A DNA stretch of 64,000 nucleotides. Source: Ardenticatenaceae bacterium (GTDB lineage: Bacteria > Chloroflexota > Anaerolineae > Promineifilales > Promineifilaceae). Both the position numbers and the translations under genes were made by a program. Below the pieces are notes generated by a model. That model saw only the letters and a program-made list of their open reading frames with translations. It searched no databases and had not been told where the DNA came from. Shown here in pieces: positions 10,164 through 18,262 of this stretch (the first letter of the stretch is position 1; the number at the start of each line of letters is the position of its first letter). The stretch spans positions 23,127 to 87,126 of the forward strand of contig JACKBX010000013.1 in the NCBI GenBank assembly GCA_020634375.1, in the 5' to 3' direction.

Positions 10164-11348
10164 TCAATGATGAAACAGGCGGGTATGCGTCATCACCATG
10201 ACCATACCATATTCATCACACGCTTGAATGACGGCTTCGTCGCGCAGGGAACCGCCAGGCTGGGCTACATAACGCACGCCGCTTTGCCTGGCGCGATCAA
10301 TGCTGTCACGGAAGGGGAAGAAGGCGTCAGAACCGAGGGCGATGCCTGTGAATTGACTGATCCAGGCTTGTTTTTCTGCGGGGGTGAGGCGCTGGGGAAC
10401 GGCCGTAAACTTCTCCAACCACGCTGCTTCTTCTGCCGGGGTTAGTTGATCTAACAAAAACTGGTCAATGGCATTATCACGCTCCGGGCGGCTGAGGCGC
10501 GGACGGAACGGCAATGCTAATACACGCGGGTGCTGTCGTAAAAACCAGGTGTCTGCTTTACCGCCCGCCAACCGCGTGCAATGAATACGTGATTGCTGCC
10601 CTGCGCCCACGCCGATAACTTGCCCATTGTAAGCGTAGCACACAGAGTTGGATTGCGTATATTTCAAGGTGATGAGCGCGACGATCAGGTCACGGATGGC
10701 ACTTTCAGGTAAGGCCTGGTTTCGTGTCACGATGTTCTGGAAATCGGCGGGGGTGGAAACGGCCGTGTTCCGCTGCTGCGCCATCGTTACACCAAACACT
10801 TCTCGCTGTTCCAGTTCTGGCGGTTCGTAGTCAGGATCAATTTGTACAATGCGATACCCCCCACCCTTTTTTTGCCGCAAAATCTGCAACGCTTCTGGCT
10901 CGTAGCCGGGTGCAATCACGCCGTCAGACACTTCACGTTTAATAAGCTGTGCGGTAGGAGCATCAACCGGGTCGCTTAGCGCAACCCAATCACCAAAGGA
11001 GGAAATACGGTCTGCGCCGCGAGCGCGAGCATAGGCTTCGGCCAGTGGTGATAATTCCATAGTTCCCACTAAGTAGGCCTGTCGCAATGTATCATTGAGG
11101 GGAACGGAAACGGCCGTACCCGCCGGGCTTACATGCTTAAATGAAGCAGCAGCAGGCATATTCAATGTCTGCCGCAGTTCTCGCACCAACTGCCAGGAAT
11201 TCAACGCATCCAATAAATTAATAAACCCAGGCTGTCCATTCAGCACCTGAATTGGCAGCTTTCCCTGGTGCACCCAAACTCGCGCCGGTTTCTGGTGCGG
11301 ATTCATGCCATAGCGTAATTCCAATTCTTCACCCATGATTTCCTCCAT
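10164..11348 (-). CDS. purH: AICAR formyltransferase-domain protein (C-terminal half of a split PurH)
   Basis: LRYGMNPHQ near the N-terminus, and QSRIHCTRLA..GSDAFFPFRD..GV..V.QPGGS, are typical of the AICARFT domain. Its ATG directly abuts the TAA of the upstream ORF. Confidence 0.85.
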   Translation of the reverse strand: MEEIMGEELELRYGMNPHQKPARVWVHQGKLPIQVLNGQPGFINLLDALNSWQLVRELRQTLNMPAAASFKHVSPAGTAVSVPLNDTLRQAYLVGTMELSPLAEAYARARGADRISSFGDWVALSDPVDAPTAQLIKREVSDGVIAPGYEPEALQILRQKKGGGYRIVQIDPDYEPPELEQREVFGVTMAQQRNTAVSTPADFQNIVTRNQALPESAIRDLIVALITLKYTQSNSVCYAYNGQVIGVGAGQQSRIHCTRLAGGKADTWFLRQHPRVLALPFRPRLSRPERDNAIDQFLLDQLTPAEEAAWLEKFTAVPQRLTPAEKQAWISQFTGIALGSDAFFPFRDSIDRARQSGVRYVAQPGGSLRDEAVIQACDEYGMVMVMTHTRLFHH

Positions 11349-11945
11349 TTATTCTTGTGCCGCCAAATAAGCGGTAATCGCCGTGTCATAATCCCGCGTG
11401 TGCGCAAAAGCCTTCACTGCCAATTCGTGACGCAGCATTTCAGGCACGTCTCCAGTCTGCAACGCAGTTAGTACACGCGCATAATCATTTGGGTCGCAAA
11501 CAACGGTCACTCGTGCAAAATTTTTCGCTGCCGCTCGCAGCAAGGTCACGCCGCCTATGTCTATTTGTTCAATAGCATCCGCCAATGTCACGCCTGGCTG
11601 TGCAATGGTCTGGGTAAAGGGATACAGATTGCATACAACTAGATCGATGTAACGGATTGATTGAGCTGTCAGATCAGCCTGATCCGCAGCAGTATCCCGT
11701 GCCAAAATTCCACCATGCACAGCTGGGTGCAGCGTCTTAACCCGCCCGCCCAGCATTTCTGGTGCTCCGGTCACGTCAGCCACATCCAATACGGGTAGAT
11801 TTGATTCGCGCAGCAGGCGAGATGTACCGCCGCTAGCAATCAATTCCCAATCCAGATCAACCAGACCTTGAGCAAATGATATTAATTCAATTTTATCGAA
11901 TACAGAGAGGATGGCTCGTTTTTTCATGGGAAACGACTGTACCAT
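11349..11945 (-). CDS. purH: IMP cyclohydrolase / MGS-like domain protein (N-terminal half of a split PurH). The true start is possibly at 11927.
   Basis: KRAILSVFDK...ASGGTSRLL...GGRVKTLHPAVHGGILAR matches the PurH N-terminal domain. Confidence 0.85.
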   Translation of the reverse strand: MVQSFPMKKRAILSVFDKIELISFAQGLVDLDWELIASGGTSRLLRESNLPVLDVADVTGAPEMLGGRVKTLHPAVHGGILARDTAADQADLTAQSIRYIDLVVCNLYPFTQTIAQPGVTLADAIEQIDIGGVTLLRAAAKNFARVTVVCDPNDYARVLTALQTGDVPEMLRHELAVKAFAHTRDYDTAITAYLAAQE

Positions 11946-11961
11946 AAGGGGGAACGGCCGT

Positions 11962-12612
11962 CTAGCTCACCAGCTTTTCAAATTCTACTTGGATAGCCTG
12001 GTAATGCGCCAATTTTTTGTCTACGCGACAGGCCCTGGCTGCGGCCGTGAAGTAAGTATGTTCCTGCAAAAATTCCAATTGAAAATGCAGCCACTCCCTA
12101 TCCGTCATTGACTGCCCATAATTCGCCATTTCCTGTCGCAACTGCCGATTGCGAATAAGAAAATCATCCCGCCCCAACACATCCAGATCGGCATCAGCTA
12201 AAATTTCCTCCAGCAAATTGCGCGGGGACTGTGGCAATCGCGTCGCCATGATCAACCCCATCACACGTTCAATCTGCCGATCCGAAAAACCAAACTGCGG
12301 CAACGTTTGAGCGGCTTCACGAGCACTTGCAATCTCATGCCCTTCTGTTGTGTAAACAAAACCCACATCATGATACGCAGCAGCAACCCGCAATAAAATC
12401 ATATCATCTTCTGCAATACCACTAGCATCCGCCAAACGAAGTGCAGCAGGAATAACGTCGTTTTCTGTGTGCCATAAATTATGGTACGTCAGTTGAGGGT
12501 CTAGGTTGCCACGCAACTGGTTAACCGCATGTGCAACAGCTTGTTCATAATTAGGTCGAACAGTCAAAGAAAAACCTCTTTCTCTTAACCATTTGATTTT
12601 TTGCTGCCCCAT
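11962..12612 (-). CDS. HD-domain phosphohydrolase
   Basis: H..WHTE and AAAYHDVGF (HD motif). The start was chosen at MGQQKIKW. Confidence 0.75.
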   Translation of the reverse strand: MGQQKIKWLRERGFSLTVRPNYEQAVAHAVNQLRGNLDPQLTYHNLWHTENDVIPAALRLADASGIAEDDMILLRVAAAYHDVGFVYTTEGHEIASAREAAQTLPQFGFSDRQIERVMGLIMATRLPQSPRNLLEEILADADLDVLGRDDFLIRNRQLRQEMANYGQSMTDREWLHFQLEFLQEHTYFTAAARACRVDKKLAHYQAIQVEFEKLVS

Positions 12613-13045
12613 GTAACAGCAAACCAAAATAATGGCAGGGCAAAGGAATAGCTTACAAAAAATTCTTGCACGAACACTTTAACACAAGTAACAACCCCAC
12701 AAAAGTTCAATAGATTACACTAATCAACTCTGACTTTTATTTTCGCATTGGCCAGAGCATATTAGCAACCAGGTCCTATTCAAAAAAACCTCTTTTCTGC
12801 CAGACTCCAAACGGCAAAAAGTCAGGCAAAAAAGCAGCAAGGATTATCTTGAACCAATCGAGAAACCATTTTGACTTCCTTACTGTTAAATTATTAACAT
12901 TGATTCTTTTGGTAACGATCCATTATACTGAATGAGTTGTAAGTTATTTTATCATTCACTACCCTTCTTAGCTTCACCCCACAGCACCACCCCATTGCAA
13001 GCAAGACATCTCAAGTCACTGTTACGATCCGTTTGGTTGATAAGT

Positions 13046-13951
13046 ATGCTTCAAATTTCCCTATTGGGTCGCTTCCATGCTTCCTATGATGGTCAACCTG
13101 TTAAGGGCATTGACGGCCTTAAAGTTCAAGAACTATTTAGTTACTTGCTATTACATCGCAATCGGCCTCATTCTCGAAATATGTTGGCTTGCCTTCTTTG
13201 GGAAGATGGTTCTCCCGCCCAAGGTAAAAGTTACCTCCGCAAAACTTTATGGCAGTTGCAATCAGCGTTGGATAGTTTGCCCATAGGCACGACTTCTTCC
13301 CTGTTACTAGCCGATTCGAATTGGATCGAGTTAAATCCCCAGGTTGAGTTTTGGCTAGACGTCGCTATGTTTGAAGAAGCCTGCCATCATGTCAGTGCTA
13401 TTAGCACATCTAAATTGACCCGTTCTCTGGCAAATGAATTACGCCAAGCGGTTGACTTATATAGTGGCGACCTACTTGATGGTTGGTATCAGGATTGGTG
13501 TCTATTTGAGCGGGAACGTTTGCAGCATATCCATTACATGATGCTGCAAAAACTCATGGATTTCTGTGAAGAGCATAGTGAATATGAGGCTGGTATTGAG
13601 TACGGTATGCGCATCTTGCGAAGTGATCTAGCCCGTGAGCGTACCCATCGCAGCTTGATGCGACTACATTACCTGGCGGGCAATCGCACAGAAGCGCTGC
13701 GCCAATATGAACGTTGTGCGGCTGTACTACGCCAGGAATTGGACGTGGAACCCGACCAACACACGCTTACGCTTTACAAGCGGATTCAGGCGGCACTTCC
13801 ACTAGCAACAGAAGAAGAATTAGCTCTTCCCGCTTTCATCTTGGATACGCGAGTAGATAAGCTGAAGCAATTGCAATCTTTCCTTGATACGCTTTCTATA
13901 AAGGTCAAGCAAGAAATTCAAACTATTGAGACCAATAATCCCCGCGCTTAA
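13046..13951 (+). CDS. SARP/AfsR-DnrI family transcriptional regulator (winged-helix plus BTAD)
   Basis: MLQISLLGRF..YDGQPV.., R..LACLLWED..A...LRKTLWQL, and the BTAD pattern Y.GDLL.G.Y.DW...ERERL......R.HR.LMRLHYL.GNRTEALRQYERC...L..EL.VEP. The start is set at the ATG at 13046. Confidence 0.8.
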   Translation: MLQISLLGRFHASYDGQPVKGIDGLKVQELFSYLLLHRNRPHSRNMLACLLWEDGSPAQGKSYLRKTLWQLQSALDSLPIGTTSSLLLADSNWIELNPQVEFWLDVAMFEEACHHVSAISTSKLTRSLANELRQAVDLYSGDLLDGWYQDWCLFERERLQHIHYMMLQKLMDFCEEHSEYEAGIEYGMRILRSDLARERTHRSLMRLHYLAGNRTEALRQYERCAAVLRQELDVEPDQHTLTLYKRIQAALPLATEEELALPAFILDTRVDKLKQLQSFLDTLSIKVKQEIQTIETNNPRA

Positions 13952-14113
13952 ACTTCTTGTTGCTCTTTTCCTGCTTGGTTTATTCACACTTGATACGCTT
14001 CAGGGTATGCAATAACAACGCCAGCAGATACGGCCGTTTGCTACGCTACAGTCCATTCTATTCCACATAGATGCCTGCTATCAACAATCTGCTCACGGGG
14101 CTAGTGAATCAAG

Positions 14114-14320
14114 TTGACACCGCTCGAAGATACCACCCATTCCTTCATCATTCGCATATGGCCTGAAGAAACAACTGACACGGGTCAGAAGTACAAATGG
14201 CGTGGCCACATTACCCATGTTCCCAGCGGGCAGCGACGCTATTTTGAACAGGTAAATATTGTGCCTAAATTCATTGCACACTTTCTGCAAACCAACAATT
14301 TCTTGATAGAAAAACCTTAA
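14114..14320 (+). CDS. Small hypothetical protein (FIIRIW..WRGHITHVPSGQRRYF motif), TTG start
   Basis: The ORF sits directly downstream of the SARP gene. The motif resembles small conserved ORFs that I recall from actinobacteria and cyanobacteria. No RBS is evident. Confidence 0.35.
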   Translation: MTPLEDTTHSFIIRIWPEETTDTGQKYKWRGHITHVPSGQRRYFEQVNIVPKFIAHFLQTNNFLIEKP

Positions 14321-14385
14321 GTAATCCGTTTCCTCACTTCAAGAAGCTGGCGAAAGATCATTCTCACACAATCTACTTATTTTTC

Positions 14386-14414
14386 GTGACAGACTGAAAA
14401 AACTGAGGTAATAT
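14386..14414 (+). promoter_or_regulatory. Candidate sigma70-like promoter
   Basis: GTGACA, 17-nt spacer, TAATAT. Confidence 0.35.
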
Positions 14415-14420
14415 ATGTGC

Positions 14421-14629
14421 AAGTGTGATCGGGTAAGGGTCTAAGGGAAAACTCCTCCCCCCAAAAACTGGCACGAAAGAAACGCGACTGGAACAACCTG
14501 GTCACATCGAGGGTAATGTCTCCCTCTCCCTTGACCCTGACATTATCCGTTAGCTCAACGCACCTCCCTCCTGGTGCCTGGGCAACAAACAAAAACCGTT
14601 TTCCTTTTGGGAAACGGTTTTTGTCTTTT
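14421..14629 (+). ncRNA. Candidate ~210-nt structured RNA or terminator-containing 5-prime leader upstream of the 14730 membrane-protein gene
   Basis: No credible ORF on either strand. Internal hairpin GGTAATGTC..GACATTATCC. Ends in a strong intrinsic terminator about 100 nt before the next start codon. Confidence 0.3.
14591..14629 (+). terminator. Intrinsic terminator (potentially bidirectional)
   Basis: 14-bp stem AAAAACCGTTTTCC / GGGAAACGGTTTTT, loop TTTT, flanked by an A-run and a T-run. Confidence 0.6.
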
Positions 14630-14729
14630 ATATACCCATTCGCAACTTCCAATCTTGTTGCCCGTATAGACCACCAAATATACCAATTGTTAGGAAACAA
14701 TCTTCAATTGATTGCCCGGAGGTTTCATC

Positions 14730-15155
14730 ATGAACGAAGAAATTGACAGCTTGAAAGAAGCTGAAAAAGAAATTTTTGAAAACGATATAGCAACAGACAC
14801 AAAGCAAAGACCCCTACAGCGTCACCATCATTCAGATGGAAACTTAGTTGCTGGCGTGGTGCTGGTGGCGGTAGGCGGGATTTTCTTGCTCACAAACTTA
14901 ACAGGGTTGACCATTAACAATTGGTGGGCACTGTTTATTCTAATTCCAGCCTTCTCGAACTTCAAACGGGTGTGGCGGGGTTATCAGGCAAACGGCCGTC
15001 TCACCCATTCAACGCGTGGCTCTCTGACAGGCGGCTTCATTCTTACCCTGGTCGCATCTGTTTTCCTCTTTGATGTAATGACCTGGGACATCGTCTGGCC
15101 CATTTTTCTGATCATTCTCGGCATCAACGCCTTATTAGGTAGCTGGTTCGACTAG
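14730..15155 (+). CDS. Small integral membrane protein (LiaF/DUF-like multi-TM)
   Basis: GGAGG lies 7 nt before the ATG at 14730. Four predicted hydrophobic helices (VAGVVLVAVGGIFLL, WWALFILIPAF, GGFILTLVASVFLF, IVWPIFLIILGINALLG). Confidence 0.7.
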   Translation: MNEEIDSLKEAEKEIFENDIATDTKQRPLQRHHHSDGNLVAGVVLVAVGGIFLLTNLTGLTINNWWALFILIPAFSNFKRVWRGYQANGRLTHSTRGSLTGGFILTLVASVFLFDVMTWDIVWPIFLIILGINALLGSWFD

Positions 15156-15600
15156 CCTCACTATCAAAAGAATAGACAACGGCCGTAGAAGGGATGCATT
15201 CCATTTCTACGGCCGTTTTTGTTTGGGGTGGTAGGATACGGCCGTTTCCCAATTCCGCTTCGTGGGCATCCATCAACGTCAATAAATCCACCGTCTCCAC
15301 CTCATCGGCAGGAATCACAGGAACAACCCCCTCAACCAACTCTCCCTCAATGATGTCTGCACCGAAATCCGGGCGACGTATCCCATTAACCAAGACCACG
15401 CCCACCGTGGCAAATACCTTTCCCACTCGCAGCGCCTCCTTCAAGTCTAATCGTACCTGGGTATCCACAAACGTTGTATCCGTCAAAGAAAACAATACTC
15501 CATTTCCAGCTACATATCCTCCGGCAACCTTTGCCGCCAGACCATGTACAGCTAAAACCTGGTCAATGGTATTACACATCAATTCCAACTGCGTCTTCAT
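15124..15600 (-). CDS. Hypothetical protein
   Basis: Protein-like composition, whereas the opposite-strand ORF is S/T/P-rich junk. The 3-prime end runs through the terminator of the convergent gene, so its extent is uncertain. Confidence 0.5.
   Translation of the reverse strand: MKTQLELMCNTIDQVLAVHGLAAKVAGGYVAGNGVLFSLTDTTFVDTQVRLDLKEALRVGKVFATVGVVLVNGIRRPDFGADIIEGELVEGVVPVIPADEVETVDLLTLMDAHEAELGNGRILPPQTKTAVEMECIPSTAVVYSFDSEASRTSYLIRR
15179..15221 (+). terminator. Intrinsic terminator whose stem is made of two ACGGCCGT copies
   Basis: ACGGCCGTAGAA .. TTCTACGGCCGT followed by TTTTT. Confidence 0.6.
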
Positions 15601-15785
15601 TCAATCACTCATTCACTTATTTCAAGATACTTCCATTGTAGTTCCAGAGCTTCAGAGTAACCGTCCAATTTGAGAAAAGATGAAGTGAAAAAGAGGTAAA
15701 AGGGAAACAGATTGACAAAACAGAACATTTGAACCAGAATGCAATAGCATCCGAAACAAGTAAATTGCTTGAGTAAGGAGAACCC

Positions 15786-17291
15786 ATGAATGAATTATCA
15801 TCCTTAGCAATGGCCGTTTCCACCCTCGCCACCCTCACCCAATCCTTCAGCGACGCTGACATGGAACAGCCTTGGGCTTGGGGGCCACACAAAGAAGGAG
15901 TACGCTTCGCCCTCATTGGCACGTACCACGAACTACAAGAACTCGCCGTCAAATTGCACGCCGAACGCGGAGCAAACAAAACGGCCGTTCACCACCTCCT
16001 TGCCCAATACAACACCGCATATCAGGATTTGCAAGCCATCCTCATTGGCTTACCCGACGACCTCTACGAAACACAACCCGCTGCCGGGGAATGGCCTGTA
16101 CGCATCGTGTTGGGTCACATTGCCGACGCCCAGCGCAGTTTCTTCACGCTCATCCATTATGCCCTTCGCTGCCTACGCAAAAATACCAAGCTACCCCCCA
16201 CCCTACCCGATGGCGAAGTCGAACGAGTCACCGGGCCAAGAGACAAATTCTACGAATTGATAAACAAAGGCTCTATTTCCGACCTGCGAGCCGACTTTGC
16301 CGCCCTGCACCAGCGTGCCCTACACGAATTTGCAACCATCACCGATGACGAATTGCAAAATGCCCAATCCCTGTGGTGGGAAGGCACCCCCTACAACCTG
16401 TACCACCGCCTCATCCGCTGCGATGCGCACTTGCGCCAGCACACCATCCAGGCCGAGAAAACCCTCGCCGCCCTCGATCACCGCCCCAGCGAGGCCCGCC
16501 AATGGCTGCGACTGGTCTACCATGCTCTGGCAGATGTAGAGGGAGCTTGCATCGGGTTGCCAAAATTGGGGCAGGCCGTCCAAGTTGAACTGGCATCCGC
16601 CATTACAGCGCGGGCGCAAGAGGCGGCATATTTGGTGAAAGGCGCACACGAGGTGATAACGGCCGTTACCGACAACGACCTCCCCACCCTCACCCAACTC
16701 CTGCAAAACAACCCCGCCCTGGCAAATGCCCGCGCCCAATCCGGCCTATCAGCCCTGATGACCAGCATCTATTACGGCAAACACGAGGCTGTGCAAGCGC
16801 TGCGCGATGCCGGAGCGACGCTCAACATGCACGAGGCGGCAGCCATTGGTGATTTGGAACGAGCGCAAGAACTAGCAGGCAGATGGAACGGCTACATCAA
16901 TCAAGTGGCCCGCGATGGGTTTACTCCTCTTCAACTGGCCTGCTTCTTCAACTGTGAGGCCCTTGCCCTTTGGCTGATGGAGCAAGGCGCGGACATTCAT
17001 GCCGTCGCGCAAAACCCGCAGCGCATCCAACCGCTGCACGCCGTTGTCACCAACGGCAACCTGACCATTGCACAGGCCCTATTGGATCGCGGCGCAGATG
17101 TGAATGCACGGCAGGCCAATGATTTCACGCCGCTGCACACGGCCGCAGACAATGGCGATGAGGCATTGGCACAACTTTTGCTAGCGCACGGCGCAGATCG
17201 GGCCGCAGCGGATGGAAACGGCCGTACTCCCTACGACCTCGCCCAAGCTAAAGGGCACGCCGCCATTTTGCCACTGTTAGCCATCCCATAA
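15786..17291 (+). CDS. DinB-like four-helix-bundle domain fused to C-terminal ankyrin repeats
   Basis: N-terminal H..GH..D/H pattern (VLGHIADAQRSF.., CDAHLRQH). C-terminal ankyrin repeats (GFTPLQLACFF, QPLHAVVTNGNLTIAQALLDRGADVNA, FTPLHTAADNGDEALAQLLLAHGAD, GRTPYDLAQAKGH). AAGGAG RBS. Confidence 0.85.
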   Translation: MNELSSLAMAVSTLATLTQSFSDADMEQPWAWGPHKEGVRFALIGTYHELQELAVKLHAERGANKTAVHHLLAQYNTAYQDLQAILIGLPDDLYETQPAAGEWPVRIVLGHIADAQRSFFTLIHYALRCLRKNTKLPPTLPDGEVERVTGPRDKFYELINKGSISDLRADFAALHQRALHEFATITDDELQNAQSLWWEGTPYNLYHRLIRCDAHLRQHTIQAEKTLAALDHRPSEARQWLRLVYHALADVEGACIGLPKLGQAVQVELASAITARAQEAAYLVKGAHEVITAVTDNDLPTLTQLLQNNPALANARAQSGLSALMTSIYYGKHEAVQALRDAGATLNMHEAAAIGDLERAQELAGRWNGYINQVARDGFTPLQLACFFNCEALALWLMEQGADIHAVAQNPQRIQPLHAVVTNGNLTIAQALLDRGADVNARQANDFTPLHTAADNGDEALAQLLLAHGADRAAADGNGRTPYDLAQAKGHAAILPLLAIP

Positions 17292-17320
17292 GAAGCGTAA
17301 TCCTTTACCTGACATACAAA

Positions 17321-17342
17321 AACGGGGCCATGTGGCCCCGTT
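17321..17342. terminator. Bidirectional terminator between convergent genes
   Basis: AACGGGGCCA TG TGGCCCCGTT with flanking A- and T-runs. Confidence 0.6.
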
Positions 17343-17366
17343 GTCTTTTGTGCATTCCAATGATGC

Positions 17367-18092
17367 TTATGGCTGTGAAGCAAATTGCTGCAATCGTCCG
17401 GGTCGCAAGTTGGAGAACGGCCGTTGTGACCGCCAGGACAAGCGCAAAATCTGATTGGCCTGTTGTGGCGTAACCAGCTCATCAGCCAGGGCTTGCTGCA
17501 CAGCATCCACCCTGGTGTTGAAGACGGCCGTCTGCACATCAACCATTTCCACACCCAACTCATCAGCCAACTCCAGCAGCGTTGTGCCATCAGCAAGCGC
17601 TGCTTGCAGCTCCTCCACACTGATACCTAATGTATCCGCCGTCACCGCCGCAGCATCTTCAAGGTTAAAAATGTTGTAAGAAAGATGGCGCAAGTCAATG
17701 CGTGCCAGAATGCGGTCAGCCTGCTCCTGTGTAATGACACCATCAACCACAGCCTGAGCGATAGATTCTTCTACAGCTTCAGCAATAGCGTCTACCACAT
17801 CAGCCATCTCCACACCCAACTCATCGGCCAATTCTGGCAAGCGCGTCCCTTCGTCACGCGCCGCTTGCAGCTCTTCTACACTGATGCCCAATGCCTCAGC
17901 AATGGCCTGCTCGATCAGTTCACGATCCAACAATTGCCCCGGATTGGGACGCTGAATGCGAGGGGCTGATTCTTGTGGCTGGTTTGTGGTGGGCGTGTCG
18001 CTCTCGTTATTTTGGGCGAAAACGGCCGTTGCTCCCGCAATTAGCAAAATCGCAACCAATGCAATACCAACTGACTTTGTTACCTTATTCAT
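17367..18092 (-). CDS. Secreted protein with two internal ~75-aa helical repeats
   Basis: GGAGAG RBS before the ATG at 18092. Signal peptide MNKVTKSVGIALVAILLIAGATAVFAQ. Repeats LGISVEELQAA..GT.L.ELADELGVEM.DV and GVITQEQADRIL / LVTPQQANQIL. Confidence 0.75.
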   Translation of the reverse strand: MNKVTKSVGIALVAILLIAGATAVFAQNNESDTPTTNQPQESAPRIQRPNPGQLLDRELIEQAIAEALGISVEELQAARDEGTRLPELADELGVEMADVVDAIAEAVEESIAQAVVDGVITQEQADRILARIDLRHLSYNIFNLEDAAAVTADTLGISVEELQAALADGTTLLELADELGVEMVDVQTAVFNTRVDAVQQALADELVTPQQANQILRLSWRSQRPFSNLRPGRLQQFASQP

Positions 18093-18218
18093 GACATACT
18101 CTCCATTACTAAATTGATTGACCGTTGAGAAACGGCCGTCATTAACTAAACTGTTCCCAGCATAATGGAGGATGTTTTTCAATTTGTACGAAAAGTGTAA
18201 GGGATTTGTAAAATGAAG

Positions 18219-18262
18219 CGTGAAACGTGAAAAAATCACGTTTCACGTTTTACGTATCACGC
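18219..18262 (-). terminator. Heptamer-unit hairpin that terminates the BMP-type ABC operon
   Basis: CGTGAAACGTGA AAAAA TCACGTTTCACG is a perfect 12-bp stem. It is built from CGTGAAA x2 and its complement x2-4, and lies just after the stop at 18257. Confidence 0.65.

Noticed and set aside
14460-14590. Possible ZTP (pfl) riboswitch, because of ACUGG.. and ..GGUGCCUGGGCA strings
   Set aside because: The conserved GACUGGCG and ACCGGG elements and the CCGCC pseudoknot partner are not present as I remember the consensus. The downstream gene is also not purine- or folate-related. I kept it only as a generic structured-leader candidate.
15194-15673. 159-aa + strand ORF
   Set aside because: Its S/T/P-rich composition is low-complexity. 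It is antisense to the more protein-like 15124..15600 ORF.
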